Assembly: GCA_963932905.1 (NCBI GenBank)
Contig: CAWVRN010000001.1
Location: forward strand, 1 to 64,000
From: an uncultured Bdellovibrio sp.
GTDB taxonomy: Bacteria > Bdellovibrionota > Bdellovibrionia > Bdellovibrionales > Bdellovibrionaceae
Reading direction: 5' to 3'
Length of the DNA: 64,000 nt
Shown: positions 40,505 to 51,126 of the stretch, in pieces
Position numbering within the stretch: the stretch's first letter is position 1
How the letters are laid out: each line of letters begins with the position of its first letter
Translations under genes and position numbers: made by a program
The notes under the pieces: generated by a model
Seen by the model: only the letters and a program-made list of their open reading frames with translations
Database searches by the model: none
What the model was told of the DNA's origin: nothing

Positions 40505-41474
40505 TAATCATCGTATTTTCCAATTGGTCTGCGTTTTCGATACGAACTCGCGGGCCGATAATACAATTCTTCAAACGACATCCTTTTTTCAAAGTAGCAC
40601 CCTCACCAATTACATTGTAGCCTAACAAAATTTCAAAATCGAAATCTAATTTCTTATCCGCCAGTACTACTCGGTTATTCATTTGTACGAATTCAGTATT
40701 CGGTGCACGCCATTTAATTACATTCGCAAGGTAAACGGATTCAGGCGTCTTCTGCACAAGTATATCCAGGCATTTATGAGTCGCCGTTTTGAAGTCCGCT
40801 TCGTTGCCCGTTTCAAACCACTGGCAAGGGAACGGCACGACATTTGCGCTGTTCCCATCTTTGATAGCATCCGTTAAAGCATCATACAAAATGTTAGATT
40901 CGCCGGGTTTAATATAATTAAATATTTTTTCTGAAAATATGGCCACCCCAATGTAATGATAACCCTTTGTTGATGATGGGATCTTTTCCTTTCCAAATCC
41001 CAAAACCTTATTGGCCGCATCTACCCAGACTCCACCAAATTTTGAGCCAACTTCGGGATGTTCGATGACAAGTAATGTAGCGATCGCACCACTTTTTTTA
41101 TGGCTATCAATCGCATTTTTAATTTGATCTGAATTCTTAGGAATGATGACTTCATCACCATTCATTAAAATAAAGTCGCCCTCCGCTTGAAAGTACGCTT
41201 TAGCATGGCCAATACCACCGCCACTGCCGAGTAGAACATCTTCATCAGAAAAAAAAATAGGGAAACTATGTTTAAACGATTTAACAGTCGCTTTTAATCT
41301 ACTAGGAAGGTGAAACGTATTCATTACTACTTTCTTAACTTTGATTTCGTTTAGAAAATAAAGTGAATAGGCATACAGTGGGACATTCAGGAACGAGATG
41401 GCTGGTTTAGGCATATACTTAGTATGTGGCCTAAGCCTAGTTCCTTCTCCCGCAGTAAGCATCATTACATTCAT
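40482..41474 (-). CDS. Sugar-phosphate nucleotidyltransferase, MurU-like
   Basis: AGEGTRLRPHT..PKP; coupled to an AmgK-like kinase. Confidence 0.8.
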   Translation of the reverse strand: MNVMMLTAGEGTRLRPHTKYMPKPAISFLNVPLYAYSLYFLNEIKVKKVVMNTFHLPSRLKATVKSFKHSFPIFFSDEDVLLGSGGGIGHAKAYFQAEGDFILMNGDEVIIPKNSDQIKNAIDSHKKSGAIATLLVIEHPEVGSKFGGVWVDAANKVLGFGKEKIPSSTKGYHYIGVAIFSEKIFNYIKPGESNILYDALTDAIKDGNSANVVPFPCQWFETGNEADFKTATHKCLDILVQKTPESVYLANVIKWRAPNTEFVQMNNRVVLADKKLDFDFEILLGYNVIGEGATLKKGCRLKNCIIGPRVRIENADQLENTMIINDQDVF

Positions 41475-42487
41475 AACGTCTCGTATTTTTTCTCTAAAGC
41501 TCCAGAATCAATCAATACATTGGTAAATGTTTTGAATTCAGGAAAGCCCGCTAAACTTTTAATAACTTTTTTTAGCGTTGGGGTTAAATATTTTAAATAG
41601 CGTCTATCATCACGTTGATGGAAAAAACTAGCAAAACTACCACAGGCTTTGAAACATCGCTGAATCGACTGCAATTCATAAATATAATTGAAGTGAGCCA
41701 AATCGAAAGTCTTTTTGTATTCCTTAGCACGTTCAAAATAATAATTCAAAATTTTCTGCCCGTATTCGTCCGTAATATCCACGTAGGAATCTTTAATTAA
41801 ACTGACTAAATCATACTGCACAGGACCCATGCGGGCATCTTGGAAATCGATGACACACATTTTGTCGAACTTAATCATTAGATTTCTCGAATGATAATCA
41901 CGATGAGAAATATATTTTGGTTCCTTATGTAGAGTTTCAGAAATTTTAGTAAACAGCGCTACGATTTCTGATTCAACCTTTGGCGACATCTCAAAACCGA
42001 GAACACCTTTGATCAAATTGTCTTTACCGTAGTTCATCTCCCAAACAAATTTTTCAGTGTTAAATTCGATATCAAAAGCCGTGCAGGGTTTCTTTAGAGT
42101 CGATGCTGCAAAGTGGATTTTAATAATTTCATCGATAGCTAATTTGTAAAGAGCAAATGACGTTTCAGATTCTCTTTGTTCCCAAAACTTTCTTTCTAGC
42201 GTTAAGTCACCTAAATCTTCAAGCAGAACTAATCCATCACTTGCAGACATATCTATAATTTTAGGAACGTGAACGCCTGATTCGGCAAAATGGTTAAGCA
42301 CACTGATGAATGGATATTTTTCCGGCTGAAATGGGTCCCATTTCATCAACACTAGCGACTGATTGTCGACGGCAACACGATAATATTTTCGAGTAGACGC
42401 ATCGCCCGCTAGCTGAATGACTTTAAAATCGGATTTCTTCAGTGATTTTTCTAAAAAAAGTTGCACGCTTTCGTCCTTGATTAACAA
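41471..42487 (-). CDS. amgK: AmgK-like anomeric MurNAc/GlcNAc kinase (APH fold)
   Basis: LAGDASTRKYYR, HRDYHSRNLM, IDFQDARMGP..YDLVSL. Confidence 0.8.
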   Translation of the reverse strand: MLIKDESVQLFLEKSLKKSDFKVIQLAGDASTRKYYRVAVDNQSLVLMKWDPFQPEKYPFISVLNHFAESGVHVPKIIDMSASDGLVLLEDLGDLTLERKFWEQRESETSFALYKLAIDEIIKIHFAASTLKKPCTAFDIEFNTEKFVWEMNYGKDNLIKGVLGFEMSPKVESEIVALFTKISETLHKEPKYISHRDYHSRNLMIKFDKMCVIDFQDARMGPVQYDLVSLIKDSYVDITDEYGQKILNYYFERAKEYKKTFDLAHFNYIYELQSIQRCFKACGSFASFFHQRDDRRYLKYLTPTLKKVIKSLAGFPEFKTFTNVLIDSGALEKKYETL

Positions 42488-42595
42488 TTGAGTACTCCAA
42501 ATTTGAGTCTAGATTTTGGTCCAGCTTCTCGCCGGACCAATACACTCTATTATTATCAAAAGTATTACTCAACTGTGTCAACTGATCACGTTTTT

Positions 42596-43417
42596 CTAGG
42601 CCTCAAAAAATAGGATTTCGACGGCTTCTTTCAATTTAGCGTATGTTAAAGGAGCTCGGTTAACTTCAAACGTTTGCTCATTCATTACCAAAACCATTTC
42701 ACTAGCAATACCTGGATGTGTTGCTAGTTCGCTAAGACCGACCTGGCTGCCAACAATGATCAAAGGTTCTTCGCTGCTGCCCGAGTTAGATTGCGCTTTA
42801 TAATCAGAAATCAACTTTTGTTCTTCCAGCGTCAACGCCAAAACATCCTCGATAAATACCGTGATGTTACCCAAGTTTCTAATCGTCTCAAGAGACTTAA
42901 ATTCATTTCTTACATTTTCGTAAGGTAGAAAAGCCCAGCGTTTATCAATTTCGTGAATTTGGTGTGCCACTTTGAAAACGATTTCTTTAATGCCGTTCAA
43001 GTGAATTACATGTGAAATAATATTTGAGACTTCAGACGATGATTGAACGTGTCTAATTCCAAAATCATCAATGGAATCTTCCGTCATGCTTCCAATGCCC
43101 GAGGCTTTCAAGTTGTTTTCATGCAGCGTTTGGTATTGAGAATAGAACACTGGGATCAACGTCATTTTAACCAAAGTAGAAATTGAATTGATATTCCTAT
43201 CATCAATTTCTTTAGCATCGGGAACTATGGCCGTTCCTAAATAAGTTTCGTCTTGAAATATTGGAATTATCAAGTCTGAATTTTTAAAAAAGAAATCAGA
43301 GTCAGGCCCGACTGATTTCAAATCAGTGAGCCTGCTGATCTCTAGCCCCTTACCGAATCGATTTTTTAAAATCGATTTTAACTTATTAATAGATGATTGA
43401 TCATCTATTCGTACCAT
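42596..43417 (-). CDS. Hypothetical protein resembling a degenerate sigma54-activator AAA+ module
   Basis: Residual motifs AHQIH..AF, TVFIEDV..L..EEQ, IIVGS; no Walker A, GAFTGA or HTH. Confidence 0.5.
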   Translation of the reverse strand: MVRIDDQSSINKLKSILKNRFGKGLEISRLTDLKSVGPDSDFFFKNSDLIIPIFQDETYLGTAIVPDAKEIDDRNINSISTLVKMTLIPVFYSQYQTLHENNLKASGIGSMTEDSIDDFGIRHVQSSSEVSNIISHVIHLNGIKEIVFKVAHQIHEIDKRWAFLPYENVRNEFKSLETIRNLGNITVFIEDVLALTLEEQKLISDYKAQSNSGSSEEPLIIVGSQVGLSELATHPGIASEMVLVMNEQTFEVNRAPLTYAKLKEAVEILFFEA

Positions 43418-43843
43418 AACATCCCCTATATCGAAATCTGATCAACTTACTACCAGCCAGAATTTCGACCCCAAATTTATTTAGACTTCACCCACGAAGT
43501 CGTTCGTTGTTATACTTCCTTTACATTTCTCATGCCGTTCATAGTCACATTAACTATGAAAAATTTGTAAGACGAAAAGGTTAAATAAGTACCTTGTTTT
43601 GAAGTGTTTTTCGGCTAGAAAAAAAGTCCTGTAAACAGATTAGACAAAAATGCGGTTGATACGCTGTTTTTGATATTGATAGATTTAAGAACTATCGCGA
43701 AAAATTTTCTTAATTCGCCGGAATTAGCCTATTTGAAAATCTGTGAACAGAACCAACAACGTAAGTATTTTCTATATATATCCAAATTTTTACGAGCGTA
43801 ATTCGAAAATTAGTATTATGAAGACCTTTATCAAGAGGTTTAT

Positions 43844-44260
43844 ATGAAACTATTATTAGCAATTATCTTTGTATTGGTAGGAACAACTCAAGCTAGCCAG
43901 CATTACTGGAAGTATGGGAACGAGGCCGGCAGCCTTTATTATTGGAAATATGGTCAGGGACCCGGCAGTGAATACTTTTGGAAATACGGCCAGGGTGCCG
44001 GCAGTTATTATTTTTGGAAGTATGGCCAAACAAATGGAAGCCAATACTACTGGAAATATGGAAATGAAGTTGGAAGCGAGTATTTTTGGAAATATGGAAC
44101 AACAGCTGGAAGCCAGCAATTTTTAAAGTACGGCAACATGGCGGGCAGCCAGTATTTCCTTAAGTATGGAAATACTACGACAGGATTCATTGAATTGATG
44201 GCCGTCTGTTTAACAAAAACGGCAGAGTTACCTTTCTGCCAAATCTATCCAACGCCATAA
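43844..44260 (+). CDS. Secreted protein with eight 12-aa aromatic repeats
   Basis: Signal peptide, then xx[YF][WL]KYGxxxGS x8. Confidence 0.85.
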   Translation: MKLLLAIIFVLVGTTQASQHYWKYGNEAGSLYYWKYGQGPGSEYFWKYGQGAGSYYFWKYGQTNGSQYYWKYGNEVGSEYFWKYGTTAGSQQFLKYGNMAGSQYFLKYGNTTTGFIELMAVCLTKTAELPFCQIYPTP

Positions 44261-44261
44261 A

Positions 44262-44294
44262 ATAAAAAAACCCCGCCATTTCTGACGGGGTTTA
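44262..44294. terminator. Bidirectional terminator
   Basis: aaaccccg..cggggttt between convergent genes. Confidence 0.7.
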
Positions 44295-44314
44295 AATTTA
44301 ATATTTAATAATAA

Positions 44315-45886
44315 CTAGGCGCGAGCAATTTTACGTTTATCTAAACCGTATTGCTGAACTTTATCGATCAAGTTCGCACGGCTTATACCCAGTTCTTTCG
44401 CCAATTTCGATTTGTTCCATCCAGTTCTACGTAAACCTTCACGGATCATTTCGCGCTCTAGTTCTTGGATAGCATCTTTCAAACGACCTTGAAGACGAGC
44501 ACCTTGAACTTTGTTTGTTTCAGACGCTTCTAGGATTTTTGGAGACAGTAATTCTGCAGTGATCTTAGTTTCTGCGCCTGATAAGACATACACGCGTTCG
44601 ATTTCATTTTGCAATTCACGAACGTTACCTGGCCAAGCATAATCATAAAGTTTTTCTAACGCACGGTTAGTTAACACCTTAGTAACACCACCAGCATGCT
44701 TTTGTTCTGATACTTTCTTCATGAAATAGTCTACTAGGTAAGGGATATCTTCTTTGCGTTCTCTCATTGGAGGTACGCGAAGGTTGATGATGTTTAAACG
44801 ATAGTACAAGTCCTCACGGAATGTGCCCGCATCAATCATTTCTTTTAAATTTTTATTAGTAGCTGCGATAATACGCACATCCACTTTTCTAGTTTCCGTA
44901 GAACCCACTGGCATGAAAGTACCTTCTTGGATTACACGAAGTAGTTTTACTTGCATTGAAGGCGATATATCCCCGACTTCATCCAGGAACAATGTACCTT
45001 TATCTGCTGTTTCAAAAAGACCTTTTCTGTCTTTTACTGAACCCGTGTACGCGCCTCTCATAGCACCGAATAATTCGGCTTCTAACAAATTATCATTGAT
45101 CGCTGTAAAGTTTTGCGCCACGAACGCTTTATCTTTTCTAACTGAATGGTAGTGGATTGATTTTGCAATCAGTTCCTTACCCGTACCGTTCTCACCTTGG
45201 ATAAGAACAGTTGTTTCAGAACCTTTGATTTTATCTAGTAAATTGTAAAGTTCCTGCATTGGTTTAGATTTACCAATCATTGAATCGTAACGGAAACGTT
45301 TACCTAGTTCGTTATTCAATTCACGGATGCGGTCATCACGTTTAGTGATTTCCAAATGAAGAGTCACGATCTCTTGAGCCACTAATTCACAAAGCTCACT
45401 GAAGTGATTTCTTTCATGGTCATCTAAATATTTAAGTCTTGAAACTAATTTTTCAATGTAGTCAGCTGGAACACCGAAAGCCGCCAAACGTTCGCGAACT
45501 TCTGGTAGTCTTTGAGTTGCTTGGTCATCTTTGAAATAACCCACACCAACCACTGTACCTACACAATCGTTTTCGATCATGATTGGAAACACGCCAACAT
45601 CAAAGCCGGTCATATCCCATTTTTTCAATGCGAATCTATTATTAGAAGTTTTCAAATCATCTAATGTTTTAGTGATAACTTCACATAGACTTGCTTTACC
45701 TGATTCTTTTTCAACAAGGTAGCCTACCGCCGGATTGTGAAAAACAGTCTTCGTGTTTTCCAAACCTTTGATTTCACCACGCTCGTCTGTGAATACCACA
45801 TCGATATTCCACCATGAATTCAAAATCTGTTTTAACTTTTTGATCACGTGAATGTGTTCAAATTCATTCCAGTTAATCATCGACAT
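44315..45886 (-). CDS. Sigma54-dependent transcriptional activator (PocR/GAF-like sensor, AAA+, Fis HTH)
   Basis: GENGTGKE, ELFG..GAYTGS, LFLDEVG, FREDLYYRL, WPGNVREL, C-terminal HTH. Confidence 0.95.
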   Translation of the reverse strand: MSMINWNEFEHIHVIKKLKQILNSWWNIDVVFTDERGEIKGLENTKTVFHNPAVGYLVEKESGKASLCEVITKTLDDLKTSNNRFALKKWDMTGFDVGVFPIMIENDCVGTVVGVGYFKDDQATQRLPEVRERLAAFGVPADYIEKLVSRLKYLDDHERNHFSELCELVAQEIVTLHLEITKRDDRIRELNNELGKRFRYDSMIGKSKPMQELYNLLDKIKGSETTVLIQGENGTGKELIAKSIHYHSVRKDKAFVAQNFTAINDNLLEAELFGAMRGAYTGSVKDRKGLFETADKGTLFLDEVGDISPSMQVKLLRVIQEGTFMPVGSTETRKVDVRIIAATNKNLKEMIDAGTFREDLYYRLNIINLRVPPMRERKEDIPYLVDYFMKKVSEQKHAGGVTKVLTNRALEKLYDYAWPGNVRELQNEIERVYVLSGAETKITAELLSPKILEASETNKVQGARLQGRLKDAIQELEREMIREGLRRTGWNKSKLAKELGISRANLIDKVQQYGLDKRKIARA

Positions 45887-45920
45887 AATGACTCCTTCGG
45901 TCTGTATATTCTCAAGTCAC

Positions 45921-45948
45921 CTATCGTCTAACTTTTAAACAAACTTAA
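45921..45948 (-). promoter_or_regulatory. FliA (sigma28)-like promoter of the activator gene
   Basis: TTAAG-N15-GACGATAG. Confidence 0.5.
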
Positions 45949-46128
45949 GGGGCGATTCAAAAAAACTCTAATGCCTTTAAAATCGATTTGAATATGCTGA
46001 CCTAGACCTTTGTCCTAATGAACAAGTATCGTTTATAGTGACAGACTTGAAATTTCTTCAGGAAAAAGTGCGCGAACTAAGTTCTATTGGATCTGCTAAG
46101 GCACTCATTTTGATGAGTATTTTGCATT

Positions 46129-47463
46129 ATGGAATTAACTCCTTTACGCGAAAATTTTGTTACGAAAAGCATAGAACCTAAATCCGAAGCTTTAACGTCA
46201 GAACACCAGTTAAGCTTTGATGATTTTTTTGCGGAAGAAGATAATGCCGCAAAGCTGGCGTTGATTCCATACACTGACTATCATTTGATCAACGCGAAAG
46301 AATTCACGTTTCCAAAACGTCGTTTTTTTATTTTGTCCGTTATCACTCATTTAATCATTGTTGCCTGGGCGCTAACGATCGTCGTTCAGAAAATGCAGAA
46401 ACCAGAAATCGTTGAAGTAGAATACGTATCTGCAGCGGAAGCCGCTGCTCCAGCACCAATGACTTATGCGCCCGTAGAAACGGCCCCTGTGGCGGACATC
46501 CCGCCGGTCGAACAAGCGACACCACAAGAACCTGTGGTTGTGGTTAAACCGGCCGCAAAAGCGTTGACTAAATCTACAACTAAATCACCGACTAAAACAA
46601 AGACACCGGCGCCAAAAGCAGTATTAAGAACGAAACCAAGTCATTTATCGTCAGCATCCTCATCGCGCGCAAAAACAGAAGCAATATCACATGTTGAGCC
46701 AATGGCGGACATCAGTGACATCGCAGTTCCTATGTTAAGCGAAGCAAATTCAAATGAAGTTGCTCATATGTCCACAAAAGAAATTGAAAATGATTTTGAT
46801 AGAATCGACGAAGATCAAAACTCAAAATTAATGGCCGCCGTGCAAGATGATAAAAAAATGTTAGACGAATCAGCGGCTGAACTGGATCAAACAACTCAAG
46901 CTGTGGCCAGTGAAGAAGCCTCTGAATTAGAAAACGCGGCTGCGGAAAAATTAAGAAATTTAAATGCACAAAAAGCAGAGCTTAAAAAAGCTCGTCAAGC
47001 AGCAGGCCCGACTGGCGCACCAGACGTTAGCGCTTCTACATTAGCTGCAGAACGTGCCGCTAAGAACGCAAAGTCAGCTGGCAATGGGACTGGTAAAAGT
47101 GAAAAATCAGAATCATCTGCAGGCACAGCTCATGGTGTAGGATCAGAAAGCGAAGGTATTGTTAGAAAGCTTGAAGATCTAAGGCAGAAACCAGGCAATC
47201 CACGACCTAATTACGATGTGCAAGATCGCGTGAACGGCCTATCTGGTACGATCATTATAAATGCATACGTTACTAAAGAAGGAAATCTAACACTGTTCCG
47301 ATTGATTCAATCGACAGGTCATAGAAATCTAGATCGCAAAACTCTAACTGCATTAAAAGAGTGGAAGTTTTATCCAGGCCAAGAAGGTTGGGTGGAATTA
47401 CCATTTAAATGGGATCTAAAGGGCGGCGCTCAACAGAAGCCAACCCTTTTACAACGTAGATAG
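46129..47463 (+). CDS. TonB-family protein
   Basis: TM helix SVITH, long Pro/Ala linker, TonB_C (STGHRNLDRKTL..WKFYP). Confidence 0.85.
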   Translation: MELTPLRENFVTKSIEPKSEALTSEHQLSFDDFFAEEDNAAKLALIPYTDYHLINAKEFTFPKRRFFILSVITHLIIVAWALTIVVQKMQKPEIVEVEYVSAAEAAAPAPMTYAPVETAPVADIPPVEQATPQEPVVVVKPAAKALTKSTTKSPTKTKTPAPKAVLRTKPSHLSSASSSRAKTEAISHVEPMADISDIAVPMLSEANSNEVAHMSTKEIENDFDRIDEDQNSKLMAAVQDDKKMLDESAAELDQTTQAVASEEASELENAAAEKLRNLNAQKAELKKARQAAGPTGAPDVSASTLAAERAAKNAKSAGNGTGKSEKSESSAGTAHGVGSESEGIVRKLEDLRQKPGNPRPNYDVQDRVNGLSGTIIINAYVTKEGNLTLFRLIQSTGHRNLDRKTLTALKEWKFYPGQEGWVELPFKWDLKGGAQQKPTLLQRR

Positions 47464-47646
47464 TATTACAGATTAACCGAAAAGTTCTTTATCAGTTTTA
47501 GAAGTGCCGTGATTTCTAAGTTTTGCTTTTCTTTTCACGCCTTTTCTTGTTAATTTTTTCTTTCTGATTGTCTCAGTTCTTTTAGTTTTTGAAGCCATGG
47601 TCCGCTCTCCCGTTAAATGTCATTTCAAACCCGAATGTCCGGATTA

Positions 47647-48453
47647 TCAAAAAGGAATACTTAAGTCAACGGAATGCCTGACTTCTGGCTCTGATCCCGT
47701 TTCGGTAAGGTAGGCGTAGTTCAGCTTGAATTTCGGCAGATCAAAGCCCCAGCCTACCGTAGCTATATCCACGATATTACTAAAGTTTTCTTGAAATCCC
47801 ACTCGCCAAGTCATCCAGCGATTTAGGTAATTTTCTACGCCAACCATGATTTGGCCGTCACTTATTTTATAATTATTCCCTGTCATGTAGTCGGCTCGGA
47901 AACGTAAAAAGCCCTTATAGATATAATGTGACCCGAATCCAACCTGAGGAGCCGTTCGGTCCCGAATCAACTCATTTCCCGATGCACCCACCAAATTGTA
48001 CCCCACAAACGCAAATCCTAAGTTATCCCGAGGAACAAATGACAAACCCAAATCCATGTTCGCGCGATTGGCAGATTGTTCATCTTTTTTGAATTGATAA
48101 AAACTGCCACTAATTCCAACCGAGATCTTTTTTCTGATCTTTTCTGCTAAAGATATTTTGAACGTGCGTTCGTTTTGATTTTGATAGTAGTACACGGAAG
48201 CTGGAATTGCTGTTTCTGGAGTGTTATCTGAAATCGCGTAGGCTGTTTCACCAGGCATATAGCGAGAATACAAGAAATATCCTCGTAAGTGAGCCAGATT
48301 GGCTGGGTTCAATGTGCTTACATCACCGGGTGCAACAGCGGCTCGGCCGGCACCACCTAAGCCTGCGGCTGTACTGCCCGTCATTTGTGATGTGCTTTCA
48401 AGAGATGCCCAAGATGATAAGCTCAAAAATAGAATAGCGATGATATTTCTCAT
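47647..48453 (-). CDS. Outer-membrane beta-barrel protein (FadL/PorV-like N-terminus)
   Basis: AGLGGAG..LNPANL, amphipathic strands, C-terminal Phe. Confidence 0.65.
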   Translation of the reverse strand: MRNIIAILFLSLSSWASLESTSQMTGSTAAGLGGAGRAAVAPGDVSTLNPANLAHLRGYFLYSRYMPGETAYAISDNTPETAIPASVYYYQNQNERTFKISLAEKIRKKISVGISGSFYQFKKDEQSANRANMDLGLSFVPRDNLGFAFVGYNLVGASGNELIRDRTAPQVGFGSHYIYKGFLRFRADYMTGNNYKISDGQIMVGVENYLNRWMTWRVGFQENFSNIVDIATVGWGFDLPKFKLNYAYLTETGSEPEVRHSVDLSIPF

Positions 48454-48528
48454 TTAAGAATTATCACACCAGAATCAAATCAATGTCCAATATTTCATCA
48501 ACGACTTGTGACAATAGTGACGCAGGTG

Positions 48529-50097
48529 TTATCGCTTAGTACATACGGTAACAAATTCGTTACACCATTCGATAGGTAAAACTCCGTCGTACTTCTGATT
48601 CGCTTTATAATAGCTAGAATCAAATTGGTGAAAGCAGCCTTTGTTAACAGCGTTAGCGACCTTGTATTTTCCAAAGTAAGAGCCATCAGATGTGATGCTT
48701 TGTGCGTTATCTTGGTAACAGCTAAACTTCTTTGGCACTACGCAACCCACTTCAAGATTGATATCCCAATCACTGGCCGGCAGGTGACGTCTAACCATTT
48801 CTAAAATCTCTGCATAAGTTTTACCCGCAAAGGCACCAGTTCCATAAAGTGATGTTTGTGGAGGCACATTCATTAGCTTCAAGTAGTCCATCTTTGGACA
48901 GAAGCCAGCTTTTACATCTCCGGCTCCGCGGCCGTAATAAACAGCTTGAGTCGCAATAATTTCTTCTTTGCGAGTCGCTTTGTCCGCCGCTGCGATACTA
49001 GCATCCGCAGCAACGGCGGCATCAACAGCACTTACTAACGTAGCCCACTCAAACTGAGCATCTTCAGCTCGTACAATTTTTAGTTTCAAATTACAATCCC
49101 AAGTCGTATCGGCTACTGCTTTACCTGTTTCTAAATCATACTCTTCAACTTTGGAAACCACATTATTAGGATGGTAGGCCCAACTAGACGGAGTCCCTCC
49201 ATATAGAGTTGGTATCGAGAATGTCATTTGATAACCGCGACCATAAGCCGTCGACATAACATCAGTCGTAGTCGTTTCGGGAGTAATCAACACACCTTCG
49301 CCGTCGTATGAAAAACCCAATACGAGTTGCGCATCGATATTTCCAATTTTGTTGAATGCATTTCGATAATCTTCAGCTGTTTGTTCATTGGTGTTAAAAT
49401 GAAAACCCGCTTCAATGCGGTTTTGCGAATTGCTAGCGCCCGAAAAAAAGTCGGCATATTCAATTTTAGTTTTTTTAGGAAAGCTGTTCGCTAAAAGAGT
49501 ATCTGCCCATGTTGGATTTGCCAAATCGCCTAATGCGGTAATAACATCGATACCGATAGAAGGAGTGTTTGTTTTGCTGTATACGTTATTTAATCGTAGG
49601 CCTTTATTGATGGAACGAACAGACAACTGAGGCAGAACTTTCGAATTGAGTTCTGAGTCTGCTAACAACCGTTGTACCTGAGACGCAACGATGTCTGGAT
49701 TTGGATAGTCAGGCTTCAAAACCTCGTATGCATAATTGATAAAATCAGAACGAATTTTAACACCTGATTTTGGAACAATAGACGACTGACCAACAATTCC
49801 ACCATTAGAGTTTTTAGAATCGTAACTACCAGCTAAAAAGTTAAATGTTTTACCTTGGGAACTTGGCGCATTACATGAGTTATAAGTGATCATATCGACA
49901 GCAGCTTCATACGCGAAAGGTGCACTAGATGCGGGATTCACCGACTGTGACGAGGTATCTGTTGTGCCGGAATCAAAACCCGCCTTGCCACAGTTTTGAA
50001 ACCCAACGACCAAAATGATGGATAATAGAGCAATAGAAGTTGCCGACATAGTTATCCTACTGCGGAATAACTGTCCAATACGAGTAGTTAACGGCAT
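48529..50097 (-). CDS. Cys-rich putative lipoprotein (GFQNC motif)
   Basis: Hydrophobic stretch then GFQNCG; GAGGGG RBS before MPLTT. Confidence 0.75.
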   Translation of the reverse strand: MPLTTRIGQLFRSRITMSATSIALLSIILVVGFQNCGKAGFDSGTTDTSSQSVNPASSAPFAYEAAVDMITYNSCNAPSSQGKTFNFLAGSYDSKNSNGGIVGQSSIVPKSGVKIRSDFINYAYEVLKPDYPNPDIVASQVQRLLADSELNSKVLPQLSVRSINKGLRLNNVYSKTNTPSIGIDVITALGDLANPTWADTLLANSFPKKTKIEYADFFSGASNSQNRIEAGFHFNTNEQTAEDYRNAFNKIGNIDAQLVLGFSYDGEGVLITPETTTTDVMSTAYGRGYQMTFSIPTLYGGTPSSWAYHPNNVVSKVEEYDLETGKAVADTTWDCNLKLKIVRAEDAQFEWATLVSAVDAAVAADASIAAADKATRKEEIIATQAVYYGRGAGDVKAGFCPKMDYLKLMNVPPQTSLYGTGAFAGKTYAEILEMVRRHLPASDWDINLEVGCVVPKKFSCYQDNAQSITSDGSYFGKYKVANAVNKGCFHQFDSSYYKANQKYDGVLPIEWCNEFVTVCTKR

Positions 50098-50193
50098 GAA
50101 TTCTCCCCTCCCTAAATGATAACACATTTTGTCTTTCTACTATAATGGGATTAATACTTGCCTCATTTTAAAACGTTTGAGATTTTTAAGGCC

Positions 50194-51126
50194 ATGAAAA
50201 AGATCAAAAAAGCCCTTATTCCCGCTGCCGGTCTAGGAACGAGATTTTTACCGGCCACTAAAAGTGTGCCTAAGGAAATGCTGACCATTGTCGATGCCCC
50301 TATAATCTTTTACGTTGTCGAAGAAGCTGTTAAAGCAGGTATTGAAGACATCGTCCTTGTCGCTGGACGTGGTAAACACGCTATTGAAGATTTTTTTGAT
50401 ACGTCCTACGAGGTCGAGGACAAACTTTTAAAAGACGGTAAAATCGATATGCTGAATCGCTTAGAGCGAATTCGTGATATGGCAAACATCATTTCTATCC
50501 GTCAAAAACAAGCCCTTGGTTTAGGTCACGCCGTTTATTCTGGCAAAAGAATCATCGGGGATGAACCTTTTGCTGTGTTACTGGGCGATGAAATTACTGT
50601 TAATTTGGATAAACAAAGTTCTGCTACGGAAGATCTTGTACGCGCCTTCGAAAAAACGGGCCAATCAGGCTTATCCGTTATGAAAGTAAATGAGGACCAA
50701 GTTTCTAAATATGGCATCGCCGAATTTGATACAGATAAAAAAGAAACGCTTTCGCTGGGAGAAAATCAGAACATTGATTTTTATCGCGTAAAAAATCTTT
50801 TGGAAAAACCAAAGGCTTCCGAAACAAAATCTCGATGGGCCATCACTGGTCGTTATGTTTTTGATCCTAAGATTTTTTCAATTTTAGAAAATCAGAAACC
50901 CACGAAGAATAATGAAATACAACTTACTGACGCCATTTTCGAATTGTCACGCAATCAAGTGGTGAACGCCTACCCACTTCAAGGCAATCGTTATGATGCC
51001 GGCGATAAGTTAGGCTACTTAATTACAAACATCGAATTCGCACTTAGAAATTCAGAACTGACTCACGAGCTTTCAGACTATTTAAAAAATTTGGTTAATA
51101 AAATCGACAAAGGATCATTCAAATGA
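50194..51126 (+). CDS. galU: UTP--glucose-1-phosphate uridylyltransferase
   Basis: IPAAGLGTRFLPATKSVPKEML, ALGLGHAV, EIQLTDA. Confidence 0.95.
   Translation: MKKIKKALIPAAGLGTRFLPATKSVPKEMLTIVDAPIIFYVVEEAVKAGIEDIVLVAGRGKHAIEDFFDTSYEVEDKLLKDGKIDMLNRLERIRDMANIISIRQKQALGLGHAVYSGKRIIGDEPFAVLLGDEITVNLDKQSSATEDLVRAFEKTGQSGLSVMKVNEDQVSKYGIAEFDTDKKETLSLGENQNIDFYRVKNLLEKPKASETKSRWAITGRYVFDPKIFSILENQKPTKNNEIQLTDAIFELSRNQVVNAYPLQGNRYDAGDKLGYLITNIEFALRNSELTHELSDYLKNLVNKIDKGSFK

Noticed and set aside
43898..44185. 36-bp periodic repeats as a CRISPR array
   Set aside because: Units are contiguous, in frame and vary at synonymous positions; no unique spacers or cas genes.
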